NCBI RefSeq assembly: GCF_006345805.1
Contig: NC_043020.1
Location: forward strand, 13,144,001-13,208,000
Direction of reading: 5' to 3'
Source: Octopus sinensis
Taxonomy: Eukaryota
Length of the DNA: 64,000 nt
The notes under the pieces are model-generated. The model saw only the letters and a list, made by a program, of their open reading frames with translations. It did not search any database and was not told where the DNA came from. The position numbers were made by a program, and so were the translations under genes. Shown in pieces: positions 1-10,944 of this stretch (positions within the stretch are counted from its first letter, which is position 1; every line of letters starts with the position of its first letter).

Positions 1-552
1 GAATAGAACATGACAGAAGGAACTTTGTGACTGTTTCTTAAAATCTCTGCTGATTGCAAAAGGAACTTTGGTTGAGAACTTCATGTAAATTTCTAATGAA
101 GAACTTTTCCCCAAAGTCTAGTTTACCATTTCCTAAACAATCTGATTTGTTGAAATATTTGAAGAAGAATGATTGATTAAAAGAGTCGAAGTGAGACGAA
201 AGCTGGGTGTGGATTGATTTAGTGGTTTTAGCAATGTTGTTGCTGTTATGCTGACCGTCCAGATTAGGACATTTGTTCTGGTTTAAGTATTTCTTCAATT
301 AGAATAAATCTGAAGAAATCAATAATGAAATTATTTGATACCTTAATAAAAGGAGGTGAAGGGAAAACAGAAAAGAAATGAAGTGGTTTTGTGATAATTA
401 ATTAGTCGTTAGGCGAACTTCTTTCAGGTAAGGCTTTGTTTTTGTAAAAGTTGTGTGTTTAGAGTGAGTTGGTTTGGTGTCGCCAAGAGAGAGACACAGA
501 AAATACTCTTCTACCAATTATTGACTTAGCTAAGCATGACAAATCTAAGTTG

Positions 553-1430
553 CAGACATGACTGTGTGATTAAGAAGCTTGCTTCCCAACCACATGGTTC
601 TGGGTTCAGTCTCACTGCATGGCACCTTGAGCAAGTGTCTTCAACTCTAGCCTTGGGCTGACCAAAGCCTTGTGAGTGAATTTGGCTGATAAAAACTGAA
701 AGAAGCCTGTTGTCTCTATCTATATCTATGTCTGTCTATCTCTGTCTCTTTCTATCTCTGTCTGTCTCTCTATCTGTTGTCTCTCTATCTATGTCTCTCT
801 GTCTGTCTGTCTCTCTCTATATATCTCTCTCTGTCTGTCTCTCTATCTATGTCTCTCTGTCTATCTCTTTGTCTCTCTATCTATGTCTCTGTCTGTGTCT
901 CTCTCTCTCTATCTATCTCTGTCTCTCTCTCTCTATCTATCTCTGTCTCTCTCTGTCTGTCTCTCTATGTCTCTCGCTCTGTCTGTCTTTCAATCTATGT
1001 GTCTCTGTCTCTCAATCTATGTCTCTCTGTCTGTCTCTCTATCTATGTCTCTGTCTCTATCTCTCTGTCTGTCTCTGTCCGTCTGTCTGTCTCTGTCCAT
1101 CTCTGTCTGTATCTTTCCATCTCTGTCTGTTTATCTCTCTCTCTCTCTGTTTCTCTGTCTGTCTATCTCTCTCTCTCTCTATTTCTCTGTCGGCCTGTGT
1201 CTGTTTCTCTGTCTGTCTGTGTGTTTTTGTGTCTGCGGTTGTTGCCCACCACCACTTGACAACTGGTGTTGGTACATTTACGTCACCGTAAGCTAGCAGT
1301 TCAGCAAAAGAGACTGATAAGTAGCAGGACCTTAATAAAATAAGTCCTGGGGTCAATTTGTCCAGCTAAAAACCCTTCAAGGTTGTGCCCCAACTTGGCC
1401 ACAGTCAAATGACTGAAACAGATAAAAGGT
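553..1430 (+). mobile_element. SINE-A (tRNA-headed Octopus-type SINE), old copy with about 520-bp CT/CTAT/CTGT expansion in its central slot
   Basis: Head GGTTCAGTCTCACTGCATGGCACCTTGAGCAAGTGTC at 604-640; 3' half TTGACAACTGGTG...GTCAAATGACTGAAAC at 1256-1418. Confidence 0.8.
710..1230. repeat. Compound (CT)n/(CTAT)n/(CTGT)n microsatellite
   Basis: Direct reading; source of the S/L/C/V-rich ORFs. Confidence 0.95.
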
Positions 1431-1660
1431 AACAGAACAAGAGATGTGTGTGAGGTCTGAATGTGAGGCTGCACGTGTAGGTGTGAGACTTGACCACAGG
1501 CCCCTCTGTGCAGATTTTTGCTAGGGTTACCATTTTCTTTGCATTCCTCAATAGGTAACAACTGGGGTTAGTTCAGCTGCTTTGACCTCAACTCCTATAA
1601 ATTTTCCCTCATGTCAGAGTAGAGAAGGAAAATCATCCATTTGTTGAATATCTTTAAATT

Positions 1661-1795
1661 ATAGGTGCAGATGTGCTCCACAACCACATGGATCTGGGTT
1701 CAGTCCCACTGTGTGACACATTGGGCAAATGTCTTCTGTTATAGCCTTGAGTGGATTTTGTAGATGGAAACTGAAAGAAGCCCACCATACATATA
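1661..1795 (+). mobile_element. SINE-A head fragment
   Basis: AACCACATGG..GGGTTCAGTCCCACTG..TTGGGCAA..GAAACTGAAAGAAGCCC. Confidence 0.8.
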
Positions 1796-1929
1796 ATTTG
1801 AATAATTTAATTGAAAATGAAGGTTGTGTCAAACCATGCAAACGAACTTTCGCTGCAGGGTTTATTTGTTTATCTCTTTTATTCTATTACGTGTGTGTAT
1901 GTGTATATATATGTGTGTGTGTGTGTATA

Positions 1930-2045
1930 TATATATACCTGAGCACCATACTAATACAATTGTTTGTTTGTACTCCACCTGTCTTCGTATTTTGTTTTTT
2001 TCGTAAACCTGCCGTCGTCTTTTGTTTATTTTCGTAAACCTTCCC

Positions 2046-2085
<40 letters not shown>

Positions 2086-2272
2086 ATTTTTTTTTCCTCC
2101 ATCTTCCCTTCTCTGGATCTTTCCTTTTCCTATGTTTCTGACAAAGAGCTCCACTAGAAACGTTAAACCCTCCTTCTTCCCTTCCTTCCTGAGCATCCAA
2201 TAATACTATATTTGTTCCACGTCCTCGCATTGTTGTGTTTTCTCTTTGTGTTTTCATGTTTGGATTAACTTT
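1930..2272 (+). mobile_element. Penelope-like element fragment with degenerate minimal hammerhead (copy 1)
   Basis: 2085-2272 aligns with 4555-4745; contains GTTT-CTGACAA-A-GAGCTCCACTA-GAAACGTT-AAAC. Confidence 0.6.
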
Positions 2273-2279
2273 ATATATA

Positions 2280-2505
2280 TATATGTGTGTGTGTTTGTCC
2301 CCCCCCCCAATCACCCTTGACAACTGGTGTTGGTGTGTTTGTGTCCCTGAAGCTTGGCAGTCTAGCAAAACAGACCGATAGAATAAGTACAAAGCTTTAG
2401 AAAATAAATCTTGGGGTCAATTTGTTCGACTAAAAGTTCATCAAGGTGGTGCCCCAGCATGGCCACAATCAAATAACTGAAACAAGTATAAAAGAATAAA
2501 AGAGA
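2280..2505 (+). mobile_element. SINE-A 3' half
   Basis: TTTGTCCCC..CTTGACAACTGGTG..CCGATAGAATAAGTAC..CAGCATGGCC..AAAAGAG. Confidence 0.8.
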
Positions 2506-3167
2506 TAAACAAATAATCTCTGCAGCGAAAGTGTTAAACAAATTAACACAGCTCGTTTGTATGGTTTGACACAACCTTTGTTTTCAATTAAATTATTCAA
2601 ATTATATTTATTTACTGCCAGAAAAAACAGCCGTTACCTGTACATAGCCTGTGATCTGTAATTATTTTACGAGGAGATAATTGAAACCTATTTTTATCTT
2701 ATTTTTTCCTTTTTTTTTTCAACAATTGAATTTCAAAAGAAGACATTTTGTGGAAACTCCACAATTATTTAAATTGATATTTTGTATTGAAGATCTCGTG
2801 TTCTTTGTTGATCTCTACTACTAAGTTCAGTGGTTCCTGTATTGTTGCAGTTGAAATTGCTCAACTTTTATCTGCCTGTCTTCTTCATATGTTACCGTTT
2901 GTAATGGCTGTAAGGGTTACAAAGACTTGCATTGCAATCTCGTGGCTTTGAGTAAATGTCTTCCACGTATACACAGCCTAACAAACACATACATAGGCAC
3001 AAATGAGCTGATACCATCAAATCCCACTCACACATCAGCTTATTCACATGCATAGCCGATACACACACACATAGACATCAAACACATCCGCACACTCATA
3101 CATCTCTCTTTCTCTCTCTCGCACACACACACACACACACACATGCACATACATCCTTACTGGCCAT

Positions 3168-3622
3168 GTTTCTTATTTCTTTACTGCCCACAAGGGGCTA
3201 AACATTGCGGGGACAAACAAGGACAGACAAAGGGATTGAGTCGGTTACATCGACCCCAGAGCATAACTGGTACTTAATTTATCGACCCCGAAATGATGAA
3301 AGGCAAAGTCGACCTCGGTGGAATTTGAACTCAGAAGTAACGGCAGACGAAATACCGCTAAGCATTTCGCCCGGCGTGCTAACGTTTCTTATTTCTTTAT
3401 TGCCCACAAGGGGCTAGACACAGAGAGGACAAACAAGGACAGACAAATGGATTAAGTCGATTATATCAATCCCAGTGCGTAACTGGTACTTAATTTATCG
3501 GCCCCGAAAGGATGAAAGGCAAAGTCGACCACGGCGGAATTTGAACTCAGAACATAGCGGCAGACGAAATACCGCTAAGCATTTTGCCCTGCATGCTAAC
3601 GTTTCTGCCAGCTCTCTGCCTT
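3168..3622 (-). mobile_element. SINE-B dimer
   Basis: Two units of GAGGTCGACTTTGCCTTTCATC..GGGGTCGATAAATTAAGTACCAG on minus strand, joined at GAAATA|AGAAACGTTAGC. Confidence 0.85.
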
Positions 3623-3686
3623 TCTACTGGCTTGCCTGACTCTTCAAAGACCTGCCAGACACCAAGATGCCACCAGCTTCCGGTTC

Positions 3687-4068
3687 TGGGAAGCACTCCG
3701 TCGGTTACGACGACGAGGGTTCCGGTTGATCCGAATCAACGGAACAGCCTGCTCGTGAAATTAACGTGTAAGTGGCTGAGCACTCCACAGACACGTGTAC
3801 CCTTAACGTAGTTCTCGTGGATATTCAGCGTGACACAGAGAGTGACAAGGCCGGCCCTTTGAAATACAGGTACAACAGAAACAGGAAGTAAGAGTGAGAG
3901 AAAGTTGTGGTGAAAGAGTACAGCAGGGATCACCACCATCCCCTGCCAGAGCCTCGTGGAGCTTTAGGTGTTTTCACTCAATAAACACTCAAAACGTCCG
4001 GTCTGTGAATCGAAACCGCGATCCTATGACTGCGAGTCCGCTGCCCTAACCACTGGGCCATTGCGCCT
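3687..4068 (-). mobile_element. SINE-C, full length, tRNA(Arg)-like head (may correspond to the published octopus OR SINEs; unverified)
   Basis: Head GGAGGCGCAATGGCCCAGTGGTTAGGGCAGCGGACTCGC..GGTTTCGATTC; 17-bp TSD CCACCAGCTTCCGGTTC at 3670-3686 and 4069-4085. Confidence 0.85.
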
Positions 4069-4530
4069 CCACCAGCTTCCGGTTCACCTACACGATCCTA
4101 GAAATTCTCCTTTCTAATTCGTATGGTGTTGCTGAAATATTGATCTCACTTCTAACAACATGTGACCTGCATTGACCAATAGCAGCCCAGTTTCTGGCAG
4201 CCATCTAGGACTTCCTGTATCTCATCATTCGGTGAACTGAACCCCCAAATAAGCTAGGTTTCTGTAAGAAACCTGTGATGCTTGAAACTGCATGGAGCCG
4301 AATCAAATTGTTTTAAATTATGTGTGCTCTCATTAACCTCTGCCAATGTCCTCTCAGTGATTAGCCAGAGATGATTTTTAAAGAGAGAATATCTGAAATA
4401 AACTCAACTGCTCTCACTAACAAGAATACTAAAAATGAACCTGACCGCTCTCAAAAATTAAGTAAAAAAAAGCCGGAAAAATAATCCAGAATCCTTACCT
4501 CGTACCAGATTGATCCCTAAACCTTTATCT

Positions 4531-4745
4531 GTGACCGTGTGTGTACCGTTGGCGATTTTTTTTTTTTTCCTCTGTCTTCTCTTCTCTGGATCTTTCCTTC
4601 TCCTATGTTTCCGACGAATGGCTCAGCTCGAAACGTTAAACCCTCCTTCTTTCCTTCTTTATTGAGCGTCCAATAATACTATATTTGTTCCACGTCCTCG
4701 CGTTGTTGTGTTTTCTCTTTGTGCTTTCTTGTTTGGATTAACTTT
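4531..4745 (+). mobile_element. Penelope-like element fragment with degenerate minimal hammerhead (copy 2)
   Basis: GTTT-CCGACGA-A-TGGCTCAGCTC-GAAACGTT-AAAC at 4607-4641; homologous to copy 1. Confidence 0.6.
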
Positions 4746-5048
4746 ATCCCAAAACCTTTGGGTGATGTAATATGAAATCAAGTGCAACCAAGGTATTCAG
4801 CAAAACTTTCACCTTGAGGAGTTGAGCCCTGGCTGCTATTGTTATTAGCCCATAGTCGGGGCATTAGTTGAGTAATGCCAGGTCATATCCACATGCAGGT
4901 GAACCTGTGCACCTTATTTTTCTTGGGCCCACTGCTGCTGCAGTGTCAAACATATGTGTATGGAATAAATATATGGTTACACAGAGGGTTCCCTGGGATT
5001 CTTAAAGGCCTGGCATTTTCTGAAGGTCCCAAGGCTGGTTTGGTGGAT

Positions 5049-5272
5049 TAATCCCCTTAGCATTCAGATTACCCTTTCAACATAATGCTTATTTATTCGC
5101 ATTGTTTTGAATTAATCATGCATTGTCTCTTAGCTTCAATATTTTGAATGATGTAAATGTTTACTTTTAGAATGACATTGTAGGGTAGATGTGAGAGGTC
5201 AGATCAGACTGGTTTGAAATTAAAAACAGGTACTTGGCTGGATGAGGCTGGCTTAAATGCTAAAGGGGTAAA
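5049..5272. mobile_element. MITE-H (piggyBac-type), old copy
   Basis: Degenerate TIR CCCTTAGCATTCA / TAAATGCTAAAGGGG; body matches 24672-24898. Confidence 0.7.
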
Positions 5273-5281
5273 AACATTTAA

Positions 5282-5825
5282 CCTTTTCATTACTGTATTT
5301 ATTTTGAGATGCTCTGTGTTTCTTTCAATTACTTTAAATATAACAAAGAATTTAGTAAAATAACTTAGTTATTCAGCTAATATTAAACGTCGCCCTTTTC
5401 AAGCCTAGCCAGGCTCATGGGCCCGGTTTCCCAGTTTCTGTGGCATATGTGTCCCCCCCCCCCAGCTGGATGGAACACCAGTCCATCGCAGCATTATTCA
5501 AGAAACAGGAAGAGAGATTGAGAGAAAGTTGTGGTGAAAGAATACAACAGGGGTTACCACAACCCCCTGCCGGAGCCTTGTGGAGCTTTTAGGTGTTTTC
5601 TCTTAATAAACACACACAATGCCCTGCCTGGGAATTGAAGCCGTGATCCTCTGACTGCGAGTCCGCTGTCCTAACCACTGACCCATTGCGCCTCCACATT
5701 CAGCTAGTATTAGGAACATAAATTGTGACTAAGGTTTGGTGGAAGATTTTAATTCAACACTTGTGAAAACAAGACATTTATACTCAGAGCCAGAGCCGGT
5801 TTCAGCCGGGTTGGTAATGAAAGGG
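5282..5825. mobile_element. MITE-G (piggyBac-type) interrupted by SINE-D
   Basis: TTAA|CCTTTTCATTAC ... GTAATGAAAGGG|TTAA. Confidence 0.8.
5380..5697 (-). mobile_element. SINE-D (SINE-C head with a different 3' half)
   Basis: Same head and first about 190 bp as SINE-C; 9-bp TSD ATTCAGCTA at 5371-5379 and 5698-5706. Confidence 0.8.
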
Positions 5826-6119
5826 TTAATACTGTTCTATATTTTAAAGATGAGGAATTCTGTACATCATTTACATTGGACAGACATGTGTCCTTATCTT
5901 TGTTGTTACCACACCGTTTTGGCTGATTTACTCTCCAGCCTTCATCAGGTGTCCTGGTAGAATTTTGAACCCACTCCTGGGGTCTCATCCTTAAGATATT
6001 TTTTGCTGATGTTATTATTTTTTATTCAAGGCACTGCCTGGAATTGAACTCACAATCTTGGGTTAGTAGCCCGTGCTCTTAACCATTATGCTATATGCAT
6101 GTGGGCAAATTGGATTTGG

Positions 6120-6335
6120 ATTTTATCTATTATCTGTTTCAGTCATTTGACTGTGGCCATGCTGGGGCACTACCATGAAGAACTTTTGCTCGAATGAATT
6201 GATCCCAGTACTAATTTTTTACTTTTTTAAAGTTTGGTATTTATTTTATCACTCTCTTTAACTGAACTGCTAAGTTATGGGGATATAAACAAACCAACAC
6301 CAGTTGTCAAGTGGTAGTGGGAGACAAACACAAAG

Positions 6336-6366
<31 letters not shown>

Positions 6367-6512
6367 TGACAGGCTTCTTTCAGTTTCCATCTACCATATT
6401 CACTTACAAGGCTTTGGTTGGCCTGAGACTATAGTAGAAAGCACTTGCCCAAGGTGCCATGCAGCGGGACTGAACCCAGAACCATGTGGTTGGGAAGCAA
6501 GTTTCTTACCAC
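6120..6512 (-). mobile_element. SINE-A, older copy
   Basis: Reverse complement of consensus, central (CA)n. Confidence 0.8.
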
Positions 6513-7664
6513 ACAGCCACAAATTTATTAAACTGAAAACAAAGAAAAGATCCAAATGCTATTTGTTTCTGTAACGTTTTAATTATCTCCAAGACCTTTT
6601 GGTAATTATGATGTTAAATGTTGTTTTTGTAATTCTTGCATATATAGGAAATTGTCTGTTTAGTGCCACTCAAAAATGGTTAATGAGTTCTTGAATTAAT
6701 GTTAAGCTCTTATTATCCCAGTGCTAGCATATTTCACCTGCTCCTTAAGTCCTGATATTTTCTGGATATTAATCTACAGGAATTAACTTTCCTAACCACG
6801 AAACTAATGTCATGTATTACTTACTACCTTAGAACATTTCATAATTGGTACCAGAAGGGATGGTGCCAAAAAAAAAAAAAAAAAGAATAATGTGTGTGTG
6901 TGTGTGTGTGTCAATGAGGTGGAACAAAAATAAATGAAAGGAAATCTATTTCCATCTCTGCAAGGTATATAAGTACATACATACACACACACACATACGT
7001 ACACATACATACACACACACATACATACACATACATTTTATGAATCCCTATAACTTTGTGTTATATGTGTGTGTGTGTGAGCAAGCTGTAATTAAATTTG
7101 TTTCATTATCCTATATTTTATTAAATATAGTCACCTGGAAATTAATTATCTTCCAGTTTAAGGAAATTAATAAAATCATTTTACGGCCTATAAAATTTTC
7201 ACAGGCAAATTATATATGTGTGTGTGTATATATATGTATGTATGTATGTATATAAAATCTGTACATCTTGGTGGCAATTCTCACCTTCAGGGAAAACATA
7301 CACACACTCTCATGCTCTCTCTCACTCACTTTTACTCTCTCTTGCTCTCTCTCTATCACTTTCGCTCACTTGCTCTCCTTCTCTGTCTTTCTCTCTCTGT
7401 CACACTCACAAGTGAATATAACATTTTATCACCAAATATTTGTTCATCCAAACCATTCCTCATCTCTCTTTATCTCTGTGGAAATTATCTTTTTATTGTA
7501 TTCGTTTAAGAAAGAATGATACTTCTGGAAAGGCCAAGAATGTCACGGAATTGAGGACCAGATTATGTGAGAACCAATTCTAAAGAGTTATCAAAAGTTA
7601 GGCAATTCTAACCTCACAGTTCTAGCAGTTTGTATTTCATGAAATATTTTCTTCATTGTTTTCT

Positions 7665-7825
7665 ACATTCGGAGTGGTTGGCGTTAGGAAGGGCATCCAG
7701 CTGTAGAAACATTGCCAGATAAGACCGGAGCCTGGTGCAGCCTTCTGGCTTCCCAGATCCCCGGTCGAACTGTCCAATCCATGCTAGCATGGAGAACAGA
7801 CGTTAAACAATGATGATGATGATGA
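7665..7825 (+). mobile_element. RTE LINE 3'-UTR end (5'-truncated)
   Basis: GGAGTGGTTGGCGTTAGGAAGGGCATCCAGC...GCTAGCATGGA..GACGTTAAA(ATG)n; same family as 53083-53790. Confidence 0.75.
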
Positions 7826-8039
7826 TTCGATATCAATGTTGGTATCGAGTAACTCCAGATAGGCTTACTGGTGCTCTTGTAGGATTCAGAAGAATGGTTA
7901 ACTAATATCTACCATGCTTTAGCTTGTTATAGCACCATGCCATTTATTCTGCTCAGCAAGAGAAGACTGTATGGAACTCAGAGTAGCATCAGGTTCACAT
8001 GTCAGCTGTTGTTGTTATGTTTCCTGGTTTGGTTTTGTG

Positions 8040-8193
8040 TGTGTTTGTGTGGTTAAGAAGCTCACATTCTAACCTTGTTGTTATCTTTGGTTCAGTCCCA
8101 CTGCATGGCACCTTGGGCAAGTGTCTTCTATTATAGCCCTGGGCCGATCAAAACCGTGAGTAGATTTTGTAGATGGAAGTTGAAAGAAGCATA

Positions 8194-8229
<36 letters not shown>

Positions 8230-8845
8230 TCCCTCACACACACTCACTCACTCACACGCACTCACTCACACTCACTCACTCACACTCACTCACACGCACT
8301 CACTCACACGCACTCACTCACACGCACTGACTCAACACACACACTCACTCACACACACACTCACTCACACACACACTCACTCACACACACACTCACTCAC
8401 ACACATACTCACTCACACACACACTCACTCACACACATACTCACTCACACACATACTCACACACACACTCTCACACACACACACACTGTGTGTGTATATA
8501 TGTATAAATATATATAATGTGTATGTAACGATAGATTATCCAGGCAGGTACTGTACAAGCACTCAGTTATAATCTGGGTTTAGGCTAACCACCTTGATTT
8601 GTACGGACCACCTAGGATTACTCTTGGGCAGATCTTGAATAAAGTAGCATAGTCGAAAAATTGCTGGATGCAAATACAGTTGCTAGTTCTTTATGCTGCA
8701 GAAACATGTCAGTGATTCGGCAAAAGAGACCAATAGAATAAGTACTAGGCTTTCAAAGAATAAGTCCTGGGGTCGATCTGCTCGACTAAAGGCGGTGTCC
8801 CAGCATGGGCACAGTCAAATGACTGAAACAAGTAAAAGAGTAAAC
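8040..8845 (+). mobile_element. SINE-A split: head 8040-8192, (CA/CACT)n, 3' end 8705-8845
   Basis: Both halves match the consensus. Confidence 0.7.
8193..8500. repeat. (CA)n/(CACT)n compound microsatellite
   Basis: Direct reading. Confidence 0.95.
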
Positions 8846-8849
8846 CATC

Positions 8850-9060
8850 ATCATTGACATTTAACATGCGTTTTCCATGGTGGCATGGTTTGGATGGCTT
8901 GACAGAAACTAGTAAGGGCAGGGGCCTCACCTAGTTCTGTAGACTGTTTTGGTTTGGTTTCTACAGCTGGATGCCCTTCCTAATGTCAACCACTCAACAG
9001 TGTACTGGTTACTTTTTACATGGCACTATCACCAGTGCTTTTTGAATGGCACCAGCAACC
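8850..9060 (-). mobile_element. RTE 3'-UTR, old copy
   Basis: CATCATC..TTTAACATGCGTTTTCCATG..CAGCTGGATGCCCTTCCTAA. Confidence 0.65.
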
Positions 9061-9237
9061 ACACCAGGGCTACAGGAGATAATTTAAGGTGCTAGAAATG
9101 ACAGCTGCTTTCTCGTGTAAACAATAACATAGTCTCTTGGAAAGTGATAGACCCGTGGCACAAACTCCCCAATTGATCTTTGTCTCATTTCTATTACAGA
9201 TTGGTTATAATGTCTAATAGTAATTAAAAAGACATTT

Positions 9238-9642
9238 TCAGGAGTGGCTGTGTGGTAAGTAGCTTGTTTACCAACCACATGGTTCCGGGTTCAGTCCCAC
9301 TGCGTGGCACCTTGGGCAAGTGTTTTCTACTATAGCCTCGGGCCGACCAATGCCTTGTGAGTGGATTTGGTAGACGGAAACTGAAAGAAGACTGTCGTAT
9401 ATATGTATCATGTATATATGTGTGTGTATATGTTTGTGTGTCTGTGTTTGTCCCCCCAACATCGCTTGACAACCGCTGTTGGTGTGTTTACGTCCCCCGT
9501 ATTCTAGCGGTTCAGCAAAAGAGACCGATAGAATAAGTACTAGGCTTACAAAGAATAAGTCCTGGGGTCGATTTGCTCGACTAAGGCGGTGCTCCAGCAT
9601 GGCCGCAGTCAAATGACTGAAACAAGTAAAATAAAAGAGTAA
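9238..9642 (+). mobile_element. SINE-A, full length
   Basis: CAGGAGTGGCTGTGTGGTAAGTAGCTTG (box A-like) .. GGTTCAGTCCC (box B-like) .. AAAAGAGTAAA tail. Confidence 0.9.
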
Positions 9643-9676
9643 ATATTTACAGTTTGAAGAGTTTTTTTTTTTTTTA

Positions 9677-9708
<32 letters not shown>

Positions 9709-9936
9709 ATAGTCTGAAAGGAAACAATATATGAATATTATGAAGAATGATATTGAAAGAACATTGTTGTAAGTCGCCGATGAAATGTTGAGATGGAAAT
9801 ATGAAAAGGTGAAAGTGATTGGTCAACAATGTATTAGCTATGAAAGCTCAAGGCATTTTGATTGAAGGAGATTGATAAAGATTTATGGAAATAAATTTTA
9901 ATATGACATTTTTATGGAAGTTGTTTATGTGTCGAA

Positions 9937-10670
9937 AGATCATCCATAAAATAGATTCTAGGAAGATATTGACCTTTTTATTAAAACTGCTGCGGAAGAC
10001 ATGGATTTCGAGATAAGACAGTGAGCAAGGTCTTAAATATCTACAAGGTGTATATAACAGTATACATCGACAGGGTGTATATAGCACAATAGATCAAGTT
10101 GGTGTATATACAATTATACATTAACTGGATATATATATATTTATTTCTTTATTGCCCACAAGGGGCTAAACATAGAGGGGACAAACAAGGACAGACATAG
10201 GGATTAAGTCGGTCACATCGACCCCAGTGCAAAACTGGTACTTTATTTATCGACCCCGAAAGATCATCCATAAAATAGATTCTAGGAAGATATTGACCTT
10301 TTTATTAAAACTGCTGCAGAAGACATGGATGTCAAGATAAGACAGTGAGCAAGGTCTTAAATATCTACAAGGTGTATATAACAGTATACATCGACAGGAT
10401 GTATATAGCACAATAGATCAAGTCGGTGTATATACAATTATACATTAACTGGAGATATATATATATATATATAGTTATTTCTAAACATAGAGGGGACAAA
10501 CAAGGACAGACAAACTGGTACTCTTTTTATCGACCCTGAAAGGATGAAAGGCAAAGTTGACCTCGGCGGAATTTGAACTCCGGTCTTAAATATCTACAAT
10601 GTGTATATAGCAGTATATATTGATTTAGTGCATATAGCACAATAGATTGACTGGGTGTATGTACCACCCT
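9937..10670. repeat. Local tandem duplication (324-bp period) of unique flank plus SINE-B fragment, 2 copies and a partial third
   Basis: AGATCATCCATAAAATAGATTCTAGG starts at 9937 and 10261; GGTCTTAAATATCTACAA occurs three times. Confidence 0.85.
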
Positions 10671-10674
10671 AGTC

Positions 10675-10890
10675 AAAGAGCATGGCTTAGTGGTTTGGGT
10701 CTTTGACTCACGATTCTGAAGTCATGAGTTTGATTCCTGGCAGTACATAATGTCCTTGAGCAAGACACTTTATTTCATGTTGTTCCAGTCCACTCAGCTG
10801 GCAAAAGTGAGCTGTAACTGTAATTCAAAGGGGAACACTGAATCTTCCCGAGAATATTAAGGGTACTTGTGTCTGGAGTGCTTAACAACT
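10675..10890 (+). mobile_element. SINE-E head and centre with SINE-C-like tail (old chimera)
   Basis: GCATGGCTTAGTGGTT..CTTGAGCAAGACACTTTATTTCA then GGGTACTTGTGTCTGGAGTGCT. Confidence 0.6.
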
Positions 10891-10944
10891 TAAATATTAG
10901 TTTCGTGTGTAGGGTGTTCCATTGGGTGAATGTCAGTAAAATGA

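Noticed and set aside
38-298. Minus-strand 86-aa ORF as a coding exon
   Set aside because: No recognisable motif, a TTG start right after a stop, and a length reachable by chance in biased AT-rich DNA.
710-1296. Long ORFs of 137-193 aa (also 8075-8572, 13608-14229, 21066-21509, 22245-22830, 26431-26943)
   Set aside because: Translations of CT, CA and TA microsatellites; open in several frames, low complexity, no domain.
6815-6835. 3-nt microexon on the minus strand (AAG|GTA|GTAAGT)
   Set aside because: Weak AAG acceptor, a purine-rich proximal tract, and opposite strand to the other splice-like signals.
9224-9612. Recurrent peptides such as DGLLSVSVYQIHSQGFGRPEAIVEDTCPRCHAVGLNPEPCGW and HNWYLIYRPRKDERQSRPRRNLNSE
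   Set aside because: Chance frames of SINE-A and SINE-B, repeated at every copy; not genes.
9731-10022. Decayed plus-strand reading frame
   Set aside because: About 6 stops in about 96 codons, as expected for random AT-rich DNA.
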